Shown one piece after another: positions 56,056 through 64,000 of a stretch of DNA of 64,000 nt. The position numbers were made by a program, and so were the translations under genes. Each line of letters starts with the position of its first letter. Position 1 is the first letter of the stretch. The DNA comes from Deltaproteobacteria bacterium (lineage in GTDB: Bacteria > Desulfobacterota > Desulfuromonadia > Desulfuromonadales > Geopsychrobacteraceae). Below the pieces are notes generated by a model. That model was not told where the DNA came from and made no database searches. It saw only the letters and a list, made by a program, of their open reading frames with translations. Location of the stretch: assembly GCA_024276935.1 (NCBI GenBank), contig JAJRWH010000043.1:5416-69415 (forward strand), given 5' to 3'.

Positions 56056-57226
56056 TTTCTTTCCTCCGGGTTGTCGGTGGCAGGTCATAGAACCCTTTGG
56101 GTGTTCCGCCGAGACGGTAGTTGAATAAAATTTCGAGAATTCTTTTCACCGTATTCTTTTGTCGGTAGGGATTGGGCAGATCTTTAATTTTGTGTCGAAA
56201 AGATTCAGAAAGAGCTTTACGACAGGCAGCAACAATGGCCTCACGTTCAGGGGGACAATTGATCACGCTGGCACTGTACAGTCGGCCTGCCTGACGCTGG
56301 CCGATGTTGATGGTCGGGATCCCGAAACTCGGTGCTTCAATGATGCCGCTGCTGCTGTTGCCGATGACGGCGGCGACATAACGCATGGCGCTGAGATAGC
56401 GTTGCTGGCCGAGCGAGGGAAAAACAACGCAGGACTGGCGATTTTTGCTTTGGTAGTCGGCAATCATGCGGTTGATGGTGGTTCCTTCAGCATCGGTATT
56501 GGCTCCGGTAAAAATAACCTGCAACTGTAGCTGATCGAGGGCCAGCAGCAGTTCCTTGACCTGGCCACTGGCTGAACCGGGTTCACGGGTTGCGGGATGA
56601 AAGGTCAGCAACAGGGTTGGTTTACTCAGGTCGAGACCGATCTCGGCTTCAAGTTCCTTGCAGTCGAGCAGGGGGCGGGTTTCCAGACCATCGAGACCGA
56701 TGGCCCCGACATTAAAAACCCGAGCCGGATCTTCACCGAGCTGAATAACACGGCGGCGATAGGTATCGGTGGCGGTGAAGTGCAGCAGGCTTAACTTGCT
56801 GATTGCGTGCCGCAGGGCATCATCAACAGCCCCACAGGTGATTTCGCCACCATGCAGGTGGGCAATCGGCAGATTGCACAGGGTTGCAGCGGCGGCGGCG
56901 GCGAAAGCTTCGTAACGGTCGCCAAGGAGTACGAGCAGATCGGGTTGCAGGCGTTCAAAGGCCTGGGCATAGCCACTGAGGCCGAGTCCCATGGCACGAC
57001 AGCTATCGACCGGACTCTCCCCGCCGGGTTGAATATCAACTTTTTCATCGATGGTGAAACCGTCAGCGACGATCTGTCGCCAGGTTTCACCCTGCTCCTG
57101 TGAAAGGTGGGCACCCGAAACCAGGAGTTGCAACTGGAGGTGAGGATGTTTCTCAATGGCATGCAGCAGTGGTTGCAACAGACCATACTCGGCACGGGTG
57201 CCGGTGAAACAACAGATTTTTCTCAT
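56039..57226 (-). CDS. neuC: Hydrolysing nucleotide-sugar 2-epimerase (NeuC/LegG family)
   Basis: MRKICCFTGTRAEYGLLQPLL, VLLGDRYEAFAAAAAATLCNLPIAHLHGGE. 395 aa. Confidence 0.88.
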   Translation of the reverse strand: MRKICCFTGTRAEYGLLQPLLHAIEKHPHLQLQLLVSGAHLSQEQGETWRQIVADGFTIDEKVDIQPGGESPVDSCRAMGLGLSGYAQAFERLQPDLLVLLGDRYEAFAAAAAATLCNLPIAHLHGGEITCGAVDDALRHAISKLSLLHFTATDTYRRRVIQLGEDPARVFNVGAIGLDGLETRPLLDCKELEAEIGLDLSKPTLLLTFHPATREPGSASGQVKELLLALDQLQLQVIFTGANTDAEGTTINRMIADYQSKNRQSCVVFPSLGQQRYLSAMRYVAAVIGNSSSGIIEAPSFGIPTINIGQRQAGRLYSASVINCPPEREAIVAACRKALSESFRHKIKDLPNPYRQKNTVKRILEILFNYRLGGTPKGFYDLPPTTRRKENAQSQ

Positions 57227-58230
57227 CCGTCAATCTCCTCATCAACCGTATAGTCACGTTTAGCCAACTGGCCGAGCAGGCGATCCCAGGCCATGGGGCT
57301 GAGGCCGGTGGCTGGTCTCTTGACGGTAAGATTCTGGGTCGAGAAGCACTCCCCCCGCTGAATTCTGGTGGCAGCGACAATGCTGCGTCGAGCGACTTCA
57401 CGATTTTTTAACTCTGAACGACTTGGAGTTTTGATGCCGTTGCCGAGTGCCAGTTCGATGTTGCGGATGGCCTGTACCATAGCGGCCAGTTCTTCTGGTT
57501 CGAGAGAGGCCTGGTGGTCGGGACCGGGCAGGTTGCGATCCAGGGTGAAGTGTTTTTCAATGATTTCTGCGCCCAGGGCAACGGCGGCGATTGCGACTTC
57601 AATGCCGGTAGTGTGATCAGAGTAGCCGGTACGAACCTGAAGCTCACGTGCAATTGTTTGCATGGCATGCAGATTGACATCAATCATCGGAGTCGGGTAC
57701 TCGGTATTGCAATGCAGCACACAGATTTGTTCGCGGGGAGTTCCCGCAGTTGTCAGAATTTTGAGTGCAGCGTCGATTTCATTCATCTCGGCCATACCGG
57801 TAGACAGGACAACCTGCTTTTTCAGTTCGCCAATTTTACGCAGATAGGGCAGGTTGGTGATTTCCCCAGAGGGTATCTTGAAGGTCTCCATTCCCATCTG
57901 TGCCAGAAGGTCGACGCTTGGCAGATCGAAGGCTGAGGAAAGAAAGGTGATCCCCCGTTTTTGACAGTGTCGGTTGAGTCTCTGGTGGGCTTCCAGGTCA
58001 AGTTCAAGGCGCTTGATCATCTCGAACTGACTTTCGTCACTTGCGGTGACCTTTTGCTGATATTCTGCTTTGGCGGCGTCCCGGCGAAGCAGGGTTTGGG
58101 CGGTAAAGGTCTGGAATTTGACCGCATCAGCCCCGGCATCTGCTGCGATATCAACCAGTTGCAGAGCCAGGTCCAGGTTGCCGTTATGGTTGACACCGGC
58201 TTCGGCAATAATAAAAACCTGCTTTGCCAT
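57223..58230 (-). CDS. neuB: Nonulosonic acid synthase (NeuB/LegI family)
   Basis: VFIIAEAGVNHNGNLDLALQLVDIAADAGADAVKFQTF. C-terminal SAF-type IVAATRIQRGECFSTQNLTVKRP. Confidence 0.92.
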   Translation of the reverse strand: MAKQVFIIAEAGVNHNGNLDLALQLVDIAADAGADAVKFQTFTAQTLLRRDAAKAEYQQKVTASDESQFEMIKRLELDLEAHQRLNRHCQKRGITFLSSAFDLPSVDLLAQMGMETFKIPSGEITNLPYLRKIGELKKQVVLSTGMAEMNEIDAALKILTTAGTPREQICVLHCNTEYPTPMIDVNLHAMQTIARELQVRTGYSDHTTGIEVAIAAVALGAEIIEKHFTLDRNLPGPDHQASLEPEELAAMVQAIRNIELALGNGIKTPSRSELKNREVARRSIVAATRIQRGECFSTQNLTVKRPATGLSPMAWDRLLGQLAKRDYTVDEEIDG

Positions 58231-58235
58231 CGCGG

Positions 58236-58859
58236 TTACCTCGCCTTTTTACCCAGATAGACACAGGCATCAGGGATGTCTTCTCTAATGGTCACTCCCG
58301 CGCCAACAATCACTTTTTTACCGATGTGTATTTCCTGGCATGTCACACTGTTGCTGCCGATAAAGGTTTGGTTCCCGATCCGGACCCCGCCATTAATTGT
58401 TGCCGAGGTCGAGATATGGCAGTGGTCACCAACCTGGGTGTCATGTTCAATCAGGGCACAACTGTTGATTATGCAGTTGGCACCGATCTGTGCACCTGCG
58501 TTGACCAGGGCGTTGTGCATGACAATCGTTCCGGGTGCGATCCGGCTATGGGGTGAAACGTAAGCCCGGGGTGAAACGATGCTGGCCGCTTTGCCTCCCG
58601 CTTCAAGCAGGCGATTGAAAAGAACGATCCTTCGTTCCGGGCTTTTGATCTGGCCAAGAGTAATCAGGAAATGGGATGTCTGACCGATGATTTCTTCCAG
58701 ATCATCATCGCTGCCGATGACCGGATAGCCAAGGACCCGGGTGCCGACCTGCTGCGGCAGATCAACAATGCCGACGATGCGGTATATCTTTTGTTGCTCG
58801 ATGACATCAATACAGGAGCGACAATGGCCGCCACCACCGATCAGAACCAGATCTTTCAT
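58236..58859 (-). CDS. Left-handed beta-helix sugar N-acetyltransferase (NeuD/PglD/LegH family)
   Basis: MKDLVLIGGGGHCRSCIDVI plus hexapeptide repeats IGANCIINSCALIEHDTQVGDHCHISTSATINGGVRIGNQTFIGSNSV. ATG 58859 overlaps the upstream gene. Confidence 0.85.
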   Translation of the reverse strand: MKDLVLIGGGGHCRSCIDVIEQQKIYRIVGIVDLPQQVGTRVLGYPVIGSDDDLEEIIGQTSHFLITLGQIKSPERRIVLFNRLLEAGGKAASIVSPRAYVSPHSRIAPGTIVMHNALVNAGAQIGANCIINSCALIEHDTQVGDHCHISTSATINGGVRIGNQTFIGSNSVTCQEIHIGKKVIVGAGVTIREDIPDACVYLGKKAR

Positions 58860-59998
58860 GAGGTTATCCTGACACTGCTGGGGATGCTGGCCGCCCGCTG
58901 GTAAATATTCTCGGTGACCGGCAACGCTTCTTGCGGACAATTGCGGTAGATTTTAAGCTGGTGCATCGGACGCCACAACGAGCGGGCAAAGATTCCGCGC
59001 TGGTTGGCCTGCTCAAGAAAAGAGGTTTTTTGTTGTGCTGAATCGAAGAGCAGGGTGTTGAGCCAGAAATTTGACTGGCAATCAGGTGGTTCGTCGACGA
59101 AGGTGACCGGAAGGGCTGCCAGGGCCTGGCGGTAGTTAGTGGCCAGTTGGCGTTTTTGCCGGACAAAGTCGGGGAGCCGCTCGATCTGGGCCAGGCCGAG
59201 GGCCGCGTTGATATTCGGCATCCGAAAGTTGTAGCCAATTTCGTCGTGAATAAATTCATAGGGGTGTGCTTGCTTGGCGGTGGTGGTCAAATGTCGGGCG
59301 GCAGTGGCCAACTCCTGGTTGTCGGTCAGAATCATGCCGCCACCCCCGGTGGTAATAATCTTGTTGCCATTGAAGCTGAGAGTTCCGAGCAGACCGAAGG
59401 TGCCGGTATGCTGCCCCTGTAAAAAACTGCCAAGACTTTCAGCGGCATCCTCAACCAGGGGTATCTCGTAAGTGCGGCAGATCTCGGCCAGTTCGGCGAT
59501 CCGGCAGGGGTGCCCGCAGGTATGCATCGGCAGACAGGCGCTGATCGGACGTCCACTGGTACGGTTTATTCGTTGTCCGTTTGAGATTTCTGTCTGTTCA
59601 TCCAGATACTTTTTCAAGGCGAGGGGTGACAGTCCCAGGGTTTCAGGGTCAACGTCCAGAAAGTGTGGAATCGCACCACAGTATGAAATTGCATTTGCCG
59701 TTGCGACGAAGGTCAGTGATTGGGTCAGGACTTCAGATCCGGGGCTGACACCCGCCAGTTTGAGCGCCAGAAAGAGAGCCTGGGTTCCATTGACCATGGC
59801 GATGGCGTATTGACTGCCCGTATAAGAAGCAACAGCCTCTTCGAATTGGTCGACAAAAGAACCGACACTCGACACCATGGTGCTTGCAATGCATTCGGCC
59901 AGATAGGCCTGCTCATTGCCAACAAAACGAGGTTCGTGCAGCGGGATCTTGTCTTGTGGAAACTGGTTACGAATCAGGGCAAAGATTGTTTCAAACAT
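58856..59998 (-). CDS. DegT/DnrJ/EryC1 PLP-dependent sugar aminotransferase (LegC/PglE-like)
   Basis: 380 aa. IPLHEPRF, ..SFNGNKIITTGGGGMIL (PLP-Lys region). Confidence 0.88.
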   Translation of the reverse strand: MFETIFALIRNQFPQDKIPLHEPRFVGNEQAYLAECIASTMVSSVGSFVDQFEEAVASYTGSQYAIAMVNGTQALFLALKLAGVSPGSEVLTQSLTFVATANAISYCGAIPHFLDVDPETLGLSPLALKKYLDEQTEISNGQRINRTSGRPISACLPMHTCGHPCRIAELAEICRTYEIPLVEDAAESLGSFLQGQHTGTFGLLGTLSFNGNKIITTGGGGMILTDNQELATAARHLTTTAKQAHPYEFIHDEIGYNFRMPNINAALGLAQIERLPDFVRQKRQLATNYRQALAALPVTFVDEPPDCQSNFWLNTLLFDSAQQKTSFLEQANQRGIFARSLWRPMHQLKIYRNCPQEALPVTENIYQRAASIPSSVRITS

Positions 59999-60983
59999 TG
60001 TAAATATCGGTTTTGTACCGCGCCAGATTGGCGGGGTCGGTGAACCAGTCGATGGTCTTTTGCAGACCTTCGCGCAGGCTGATCTGTGGTTTGAAGCTGG
60101 TTAGTTCTGCGATGAGGTGGTTGTCACACCAGAGCCTTTGAACTTCAGAATCCTTGGGGCGCAAGCGCTGGGAATCGGTAACAAATTCGACTTTGCTGTG
60201 CATTAATTCGCGGATCAGATCAAGAGTATCGGCGACTGAAATTTCATAGTTTGAGCCAATGTTGACTGTTTTGCCAATTGTGGCTGAACTTTCGGCCAGA
60301 GCAAGAAATCCACGACAGGTATCCTCGACATAATTGAAGTCACGGGTCGGGCTGACATCTCCCAATTGAATGGTTTTTTTGCCTGCAGCAATCTGGCTGA
60401 TGATGGTCGGAATAACGGCACGTGCCGACTGGCGCGGGCCGTAGGTGTTGAAAGGACGGGCAATGGTTAACGGAAGTTCAAAGCTGTTGTGAAAACTCAT
60501 CGCCATGGCATCCGCACCAATCTTGCTGGCACTGTAGGGGGATTGTGGTTGCAGGGGGTGTTTCTCATCGATCGGGACATATTGTGCGGTCCCGTAAACT
60601 TCACTGGTTGAAGTATGGATCACGCGCTGGCACCCATTGTCGAGTGCGGCCTGACAGATGTTGAGTGTTCCCAGGATATTGGTATCGACGTAGCTTTGAG
60701 GAGCCTGATAGCTGTAGGGAATGGCGATCAGAGCGGCAAGGTGAAAAACGATATCGATCTCTTCGGTGATTTTATGACAGAAATGTGGATCACGCACATC
60801 TCCACTGACCACCTCGATCTGATTGAGTCCATCGATCGTTTCAAGCCAGCCCCAATCGTTGAAAGAATTGTAACAGGACAACGCCCTGATGTCGGCTCCG
60901 GTTTTTGCCAGCATTTCTGTCAGGTGTGAGCCGATGAAACCGTCGGCACCTGTGATCAGAATTTTTGATCTGTTACTTGTCAC
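59991..60983 (-). CDS. NAD-dependent nucleotide-sugar 4,6-dehydratase (SDR; LegB-like)
   Basis: KILITGADGFIGSHL, YNSFNDWGWLE, STSEVYG, YSASKIGAD (YxxxK). Preferred start is GTG 60983, 6 nt after AGGAG. Alternative ATGs at 61004 and 61010 lack an RBS. Confidence 0.8.
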   Translation of the reverse strand: MTSNRSKILITGADGFIGSHLTEMLAKTGADIRALSCYNSFNDWGWLETIDGLNQIEVVSGDVRDPHFCHKITEEIDIVFHLAALIAIPYSYQAPQSYVDTNILGTLNICQAALDNGCQRVIHTSTSEVYGTAQYVPIDEKHPLQPQSPYSASKIGADAMAMSFHNSFELPLTIARPFNTYGPRQSARAVIPTIISQIAAGKKTIQLGDVSPTRDFNYVEDTCRGFLALAESSATIGKTVNIGSNYEISVADTLDLIRELMHSKVEFVTDSQRLRPKDSEVQRLWCDNHLIAELTSFKPQISLREGLQKTIDWFTDPANLARYKTDIYNV

Positions 60984-61032
60984 AGAGTTCTCCTGTTGGA
61001 TCATAGTCATTTGAGAAGACAAGGGCGGGACA

Positions 61033-61061
61033 ATAATATGACACACTCTACATCCTGCCAA
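61033..61061 (-). promoter_or_regulatory. Sigma70-like promoter for the minus-strand nonulosonate operon
   Basis: Minus strand reads TTGGCA-N17-TATTAT (plus-strand TGCCAA 61056-61061 and ATAATA 61033-61038). Confidence 0.45.
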
Positions 61062-61143
61062 GTCGATTAGAGCAGATAATAGACCAATTTGTGTTCCTGC
61101 TGCGAAAAATTGGGTGATTTAAATAAAAAAACACTCCTTGGCC

Positions 61144-61170
61144 TAAACTATGCAGACTTTGCTCCGATGA
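61144..61170 (+). promoter_or_regulatory. Sigma28 promoter of flagellin gene 1
   Basis: TAAA-N15-TCCGATGA versus consensus TAAA-N15-GCCGATAA. Located about 100 nt upstream of the ATG at 61269. Confidence 0.6.
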
Positions 61171-61268
61171 GTAATAACGAGAGAAGCAAAGATGAAACCT
61201 GCACGGTGAACAAACAACAAATCAGATATTTGAACGAAAATCGATAGCTTCAGGGAGGAACTAAGATT

Positions 61269-62090
61269 ATGGCTTTGACCATTAATACCAATGTCGCTTC
61301 ATTGAATGCCCAGCGCAACATGGGTAAGTCACAGGCGAATCTCAATCGCTCATTACAGCGGCTATCTTCAGGTCTGCGCATCAACAGCGCAAAGGATGAT
61401 GCCGCTGGTCTGGCAATTTCCGACCGTATGACATCTCAAATCCGTGGTTTGAACCAGGCGGCCCGCAATGCGCTGGACGGTATTTCTTTATCGCAAACAG
61501 CTGAAGGGGCTTTGCAGGAGAGCACCAATGCTCTGCAAAGGATGCGTGAGTTGGCGGTACAATCTTCTAACGGGACCAACAGCAGTGCTGACCGGGCCTC
61601 ATTGCAACGTGAATTTATTCAGCTGCAGGAGGAGGTTCAGCGGATTGCGACAACCACCCAGTTTAATGGCAAAAATGTTCTGAACGGGTCGATGAAATCG
61701 GCAACTTTCCAGATTGGGGCCAACAAGGGACAGACGATCACCTTCAGTATCGGGACTGCCAGTCTCGCGGCTCTCGGAGTTAACTCAACCGTCAGTATTG
61801 GCTCTTTTGGAGTGGCTCAATTGGCACTGTCGGCAATTGATGGGGCCATCGGCTGTATCGACAAGCTGCGCGGGAAGCTGGGGGCGGTCCAGAATCGTTT
61901 CGAGTCGACCATCTCGAACCTGAAGAACATCTCGGAGAACCTCTCTGCGGCACGCAGCCGGATTCTTGATGCCGACATTGCCCAGGAAACATCGAATATG
62001 ACAAAAAACAATATTCTGCAACAAGCCGGAGTTTCGATTCTGTCCCAGGCGAATCAGGCGCCCAATTTGGCCCTGTCACTTCTGCAATAG
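61269..62090 (+). CDS. fliC: Flagellin (short, D0/D1-only type), copy 1
   Basis: 273 aa. [42 protein letters not shown]-terminal [45 protein letters not shown]. Confidence 0.96.
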   Translation: MALTINTNVASLNAQRNMGKSQANLNRSLQRLSSGLRINSAKDDAAGLAISDRMTSQIRGLNQAARNALDGISLSQTAEGALQESTNALQRMRELAVQSSNGTNSSADRASLQREFIQLQEEVQRIATTTQFNGKNVLNGSMKSATFQIGANKGQTITFSIGTASLAALGVNSTVSIGSFGVAQLALSAIDGAIGCIDKLRGKLGAVQNRFESTISNLKNISENLSAARSRILDADIAQETSNMTKNNILQQAGVSILSQANQAPNLALSLLQ

Positions 62091-62120
62091 AATCATCCAG
62101 CGCACAAAATATAGTTTTGC

Positions 62121-62155
62121 GGCAGGAGCAATAAGTTGTTCCTGCCGTTTTTTTA
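62121..62155 (+). terminator. Rho-independent terminator after flagellin gene 1
   Basis: CGGCAGGA (62121-62128) / TCCTGCCG (62141-62148) stem followed by TTTTTTT. Confidence 0.8.
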
Positions 62156-62174
62156 TGAAAAATAAATTTTTTCT

Positions 62175-62202
62175 TAAAGAAGGATGTTTCGAAAGCCGAT
62201 AA
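62175..62202 (+). promoter_or_regulatory. Sigma28 promoter of flagellin gene 2
   Basis: TAAA-N16-GCCGATAA (perfect -10), located about 125 nt upstream of the ATG at 62329. Confidence 0.7.
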
Positions 62203-62328
62203 GAGACTAGGCGGCTGAATGTCAGATGGAGAAAGAGAGGTGAAAACAGGGATTTAACCATCCAGTTGCTAGCCGGGAAGGAGCATGGAAGCTCTTTCCG
62301 AATATCACTTTTCATGGAGGAAAAGATT

Positions 62329-63153
62329 ATGGCATTAGTTATCAACACAAACGTAGCTTCTCTCAACGCTCAGAGAAATCTTGGTAAATCGCAGAACGCT
62401 CTCAATCGTTCAATGAAGCGACTTTCTTCAGGTCTGCGCATCAACAGCGCCAAAGATGATGCTGCCGGGTTGGCGATCTCGGATCGTATGACCTCGCAGA
62501 TTCGTGGCCTGAACCAGGCCGTCAGAAATGCCAATGACGGAATCTCTCTGGCACAAACGGCTGAAGGTGCATTGCAGGAGAGTACCAACTCTCTGCAACG
62601 GATGCGTGAACTGGCCGTTCAGTCATCCAATGGCACCAACAGTACGGCTGACCGTGCTTCTCTGCAGCAGGAGTTCAATCAACTGCAGCAGGAAATTCAG
62701 CGGGTCGCAACAACAACGCAGTTTAACGGTAAGAACATTCTTAATGGCTCAATGAAGTCAGCCATTTTCCAGGTTGGTGCCAACAAAGGTCAGACGGTTA
62801 CTTTCAGTATTGCTGCTGTCAGTGTCCAGAAACTTGGTGTCAACTCGGCAACCATCAGTATCGGTACTTTTGCAGATGCACAGAAAGCAATTTCTGCTGT
62901 TGATACTGCAATTGGCTGTATTGACAAACTGCGTGGAAAACTGGGTGCGGTTCAAAACCGCTTCGAGTCGACCATCTCGAACCTGGCGAATATTTCCGAG
63001 AACCTCTCCTCAGCACGTAGCCGGATTCTGGATGCTGATATCGCCCAGGAAACGTCAGACATGACGAAGATGAACATTCTGCAACAGGCTGGGGTCTCCA
63101 TTTTGTCTCAGGCTAATCAGTCGCCGAACCTGGCGTTGTCTCTGCTGCAGTAG
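62329..63153 (+). CDS. fliC: Flagellin (short, D0/D1-only type), copy 2
   Basis: 274 aa. [34 protein letters not shown]-terminal [25 protein letters not shown]. The track ORF extension to 62266 is leader sequence. Confidence 0.96.
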   Translation: MALVINTNVASLNAQRNLGKSQNALNRSMKRLSSGLRINSAKDDAAGLAISDRMTSQIRGLNQAVRNANDGISLAQTAEGALQESTNSLQRMRELAVQSSNGTNSTADRASLQQEFNQLQQEIQRVATTTQFNGKNILNGSMKSAIFQVGANKGQTVTFSIAAVSVQKLGVNSATISIGTFADAQKAISAVDTAIGCIDKLRGKLGAVQNRFESTISNLANISENLSSARSRILDADIAQETSDMTKMNILQQAGVSILSQANQSPNLALSLLQ

Positions 63154-63168
63154 GGCATCGACACTCTG

Positions 63169-63196
63169 CCGGAGGGCGGCATCCGTCGCCCTCCGG
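63169..63196 (+). other. GC-rich hairpin without U-tract between flagellin 2 and flaG
   Basis: CCGGAGGGCG (63169-63178) / CGCCCTCCGG (63187-63196), 10-bp perfect stem with an 8-nt loop, followed by TCAAGTG (no T-run). Confidence 0.5.
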
Positions 63197-63228
63197 TCAA
63201 GTGACCCCAACCGGGGGAGGAGAGAATC

Positions 63229-63576
63229 ATGGGAGTTGAAGCAGTAGGTAATATCGGAGCAGGAGTTCCAACGACCGCAAGTACCAGTCAGCAGGTTGAT
63301 CAGGATCGACGTCGTGCTGCTGACAATGTTGATGAAACGAGCGTCCAGAAAAATATGGTCGCTCCGGAAGAGGTTCTCAACAAGATCAAGGGGCTGACCG
63401 ATGGGGGGCAGCATTCGGTACGTTTCGAAATGAATTCTGATCTCGACAAGTTGATTATCTCGGTTGTTGATCGGGAATCAGGTGAAACGATCCGCCAGAT
63501 TCCCCCGGAAAGCCTGATCGATTCGAGTGTGTATCTAAAGGAATTACGTGGCTCGTTGCTTGATACACAGAGTTGA
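63229..63576 (+). CDS. flaG: FlaG family flagellar protein
   Basis: 115 aa. VRFEMNSDLDKLIISVVDRESGETIRQIPPESLID. Confidence 0.85.
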   Translation: MGVEAVGNIGAGVPTTASTSQQVDQDRRRAADNVDETSVQKNMVAPEEVLNKIKGLTDGGQHSVRFEMNSDLDKLIISVVDRESGETIRQIPPESLIDSSVYLKELRGSLLDTQS

Positions 63577-63605
63577 CGTAGCGATAAAACGACGGGAGAA
63601 GGATC

Positions 63606-64000
63606 ATGTCCATCACTTTTGGTGGCCTGGCGACTGGTCTTGATACAAACGCGATTATCAGTGAATTGATGACGATAGAACGTCAGCCAATCACACGATT
63701 GGAGACCGATAAGAGCTTTTTCAGCAGTCGGTTGCAGGCATTCAAGGATCTTGACGGACTTCTTGGCAGTTTGCAGACCAAGGCTGAAGCAATTGATACG
63801 GCAGCTGAGATCGATTCACCAGGACTCAAGCAGAGTTCAGATCTTTACTACTCTGCAAGTGCGACCGATACGGCCGGACTTGGTTCTTACCAGATCGAAG
63901 TGATGTCTCTGGCCCAGGTACAAAAGGATGTCAGTGGCGGCTATGCTGATAAAACCACCAGTACTTTCGGGACGGGAAACATGACCCTGACTGTCGGTGG
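63606..64000 (+). CDS. fliD: Flagellar filament cap protein FliD (5' partial; runs off the window)
   Basis: My own translation from ATG 63606 gives MSITFGGLATGLDTNAIISELMTIERQPITRLETDKSFFSSRLQAFKDLDGLL.., a typical FliD N-terminus. No stop before 64000, so it is absent from the ORF track. Confidence 0.85.
   Translation, partial: MSITFGGLATGLDTNAIISELMTIERQPITRLETDKSFFSSRLQAFKDLDGLLGSLQTKAEAIDTAAEIDSPGLKQSSDLYYSASATDTAGLGSYQIEVMSLAQVQKDVSGGYADKTTSTFGTGNMTLTVG

Larger units (their letters stand above)
61269..63153 (+). repeat. Tandem duplication (two paralogous flagellin genes)
   Basis: Identical nucleotide runs are shared, e.g. TCTTCAGGTCTGCGCATCAACAGCGC at 61365-61390 and 62425-62450, and TTCGAGTCGACCATCTCGAACCTG in both 3' parts. 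The central segments diverge. Confidence 0.9.

Noticed and set aside
36760-61268. Glycosylation island as a mobile or horizontally acquired element
   Set aside because: I found no integrase, transposase, tRNA gene, direct repeats or IS ends at either boundary. The island is bounded by flagellar genes (fliW and fliC), as in other flagellin glycosylation loci. I did not compute composition, so I make no claim about it.
1-64000. CRISPR arrays, rRNA/tRNA genes, toxin-antitoxin or defence systems
   Set aside because: I noticed no short regularly spaced repeats, no T-loop/anticodon-arm signatures and no small paired ORFs with TA-like features. Intergenic space is small and is accounted for by promoters and terminators.

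Overview
Apart from three housekeeping genes at the left edge (short transaldolase, small TRASH-motif protein, folK), this window is one contiguous polar-flagellum supercluster. The gene order and protein signatures look deltaproteobacterial (Desulfuromonadales-like), but that taxonomic guess is low confidence. Layout: (1) 2.1-15.1 kb, a candidate sigma54 promoter, then a secreted TPR protein, flgBC, fliEFGHIJ, a motE-like gene, fliK and flgDE, ending in a terminator. (2) 15.2-32.3 kb, a well-formed sigma54 promoter, then motAB, fliLMNOPQR, flhBAFG, fliA, a DUF2802-like gene and flgFGAHIJ. (3) 32.3-36.8 kb, a sigma28 promoter, then an unknown ORF, flgMN, flgKL, csrA and fliW, ending in a terminator. 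(4) 36.9-61.0 kb, a flagellin glycosylation island of about 24 kb. Its plus-strand operon encodes two Maf (DUF115) proteins, a small unknown ORF, a domain-swapped HldE-like kinase/nucleotidyltransferase, an unknown protein, a GmhA-like isomerase, a HAD phosphatase, an APH-fold kinase, a split transketolase, an RmlD-like reductase and three paralogous radical SAM enzymes. The convergent minus-strand operon encodes a legionaminic-acid-type nonulosonate pathway plus an internally duplicated CgeB-like glycosyltransferase. (5) 61.1-64.0 kb, two tandem short flagellin genes, each with a sigma28 promoter, then flaG and the 5' part of fliD. No rRNA, tRNA, CRISPR array or mobile element was recognised. 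The most novel-looking content is the heptose/octose-like sugar module with three radical SAM enzymes inside the island. All calls come from reading the ORF translations and the DNA by eye. No database search was run, and start codons are my best choices and may be off.
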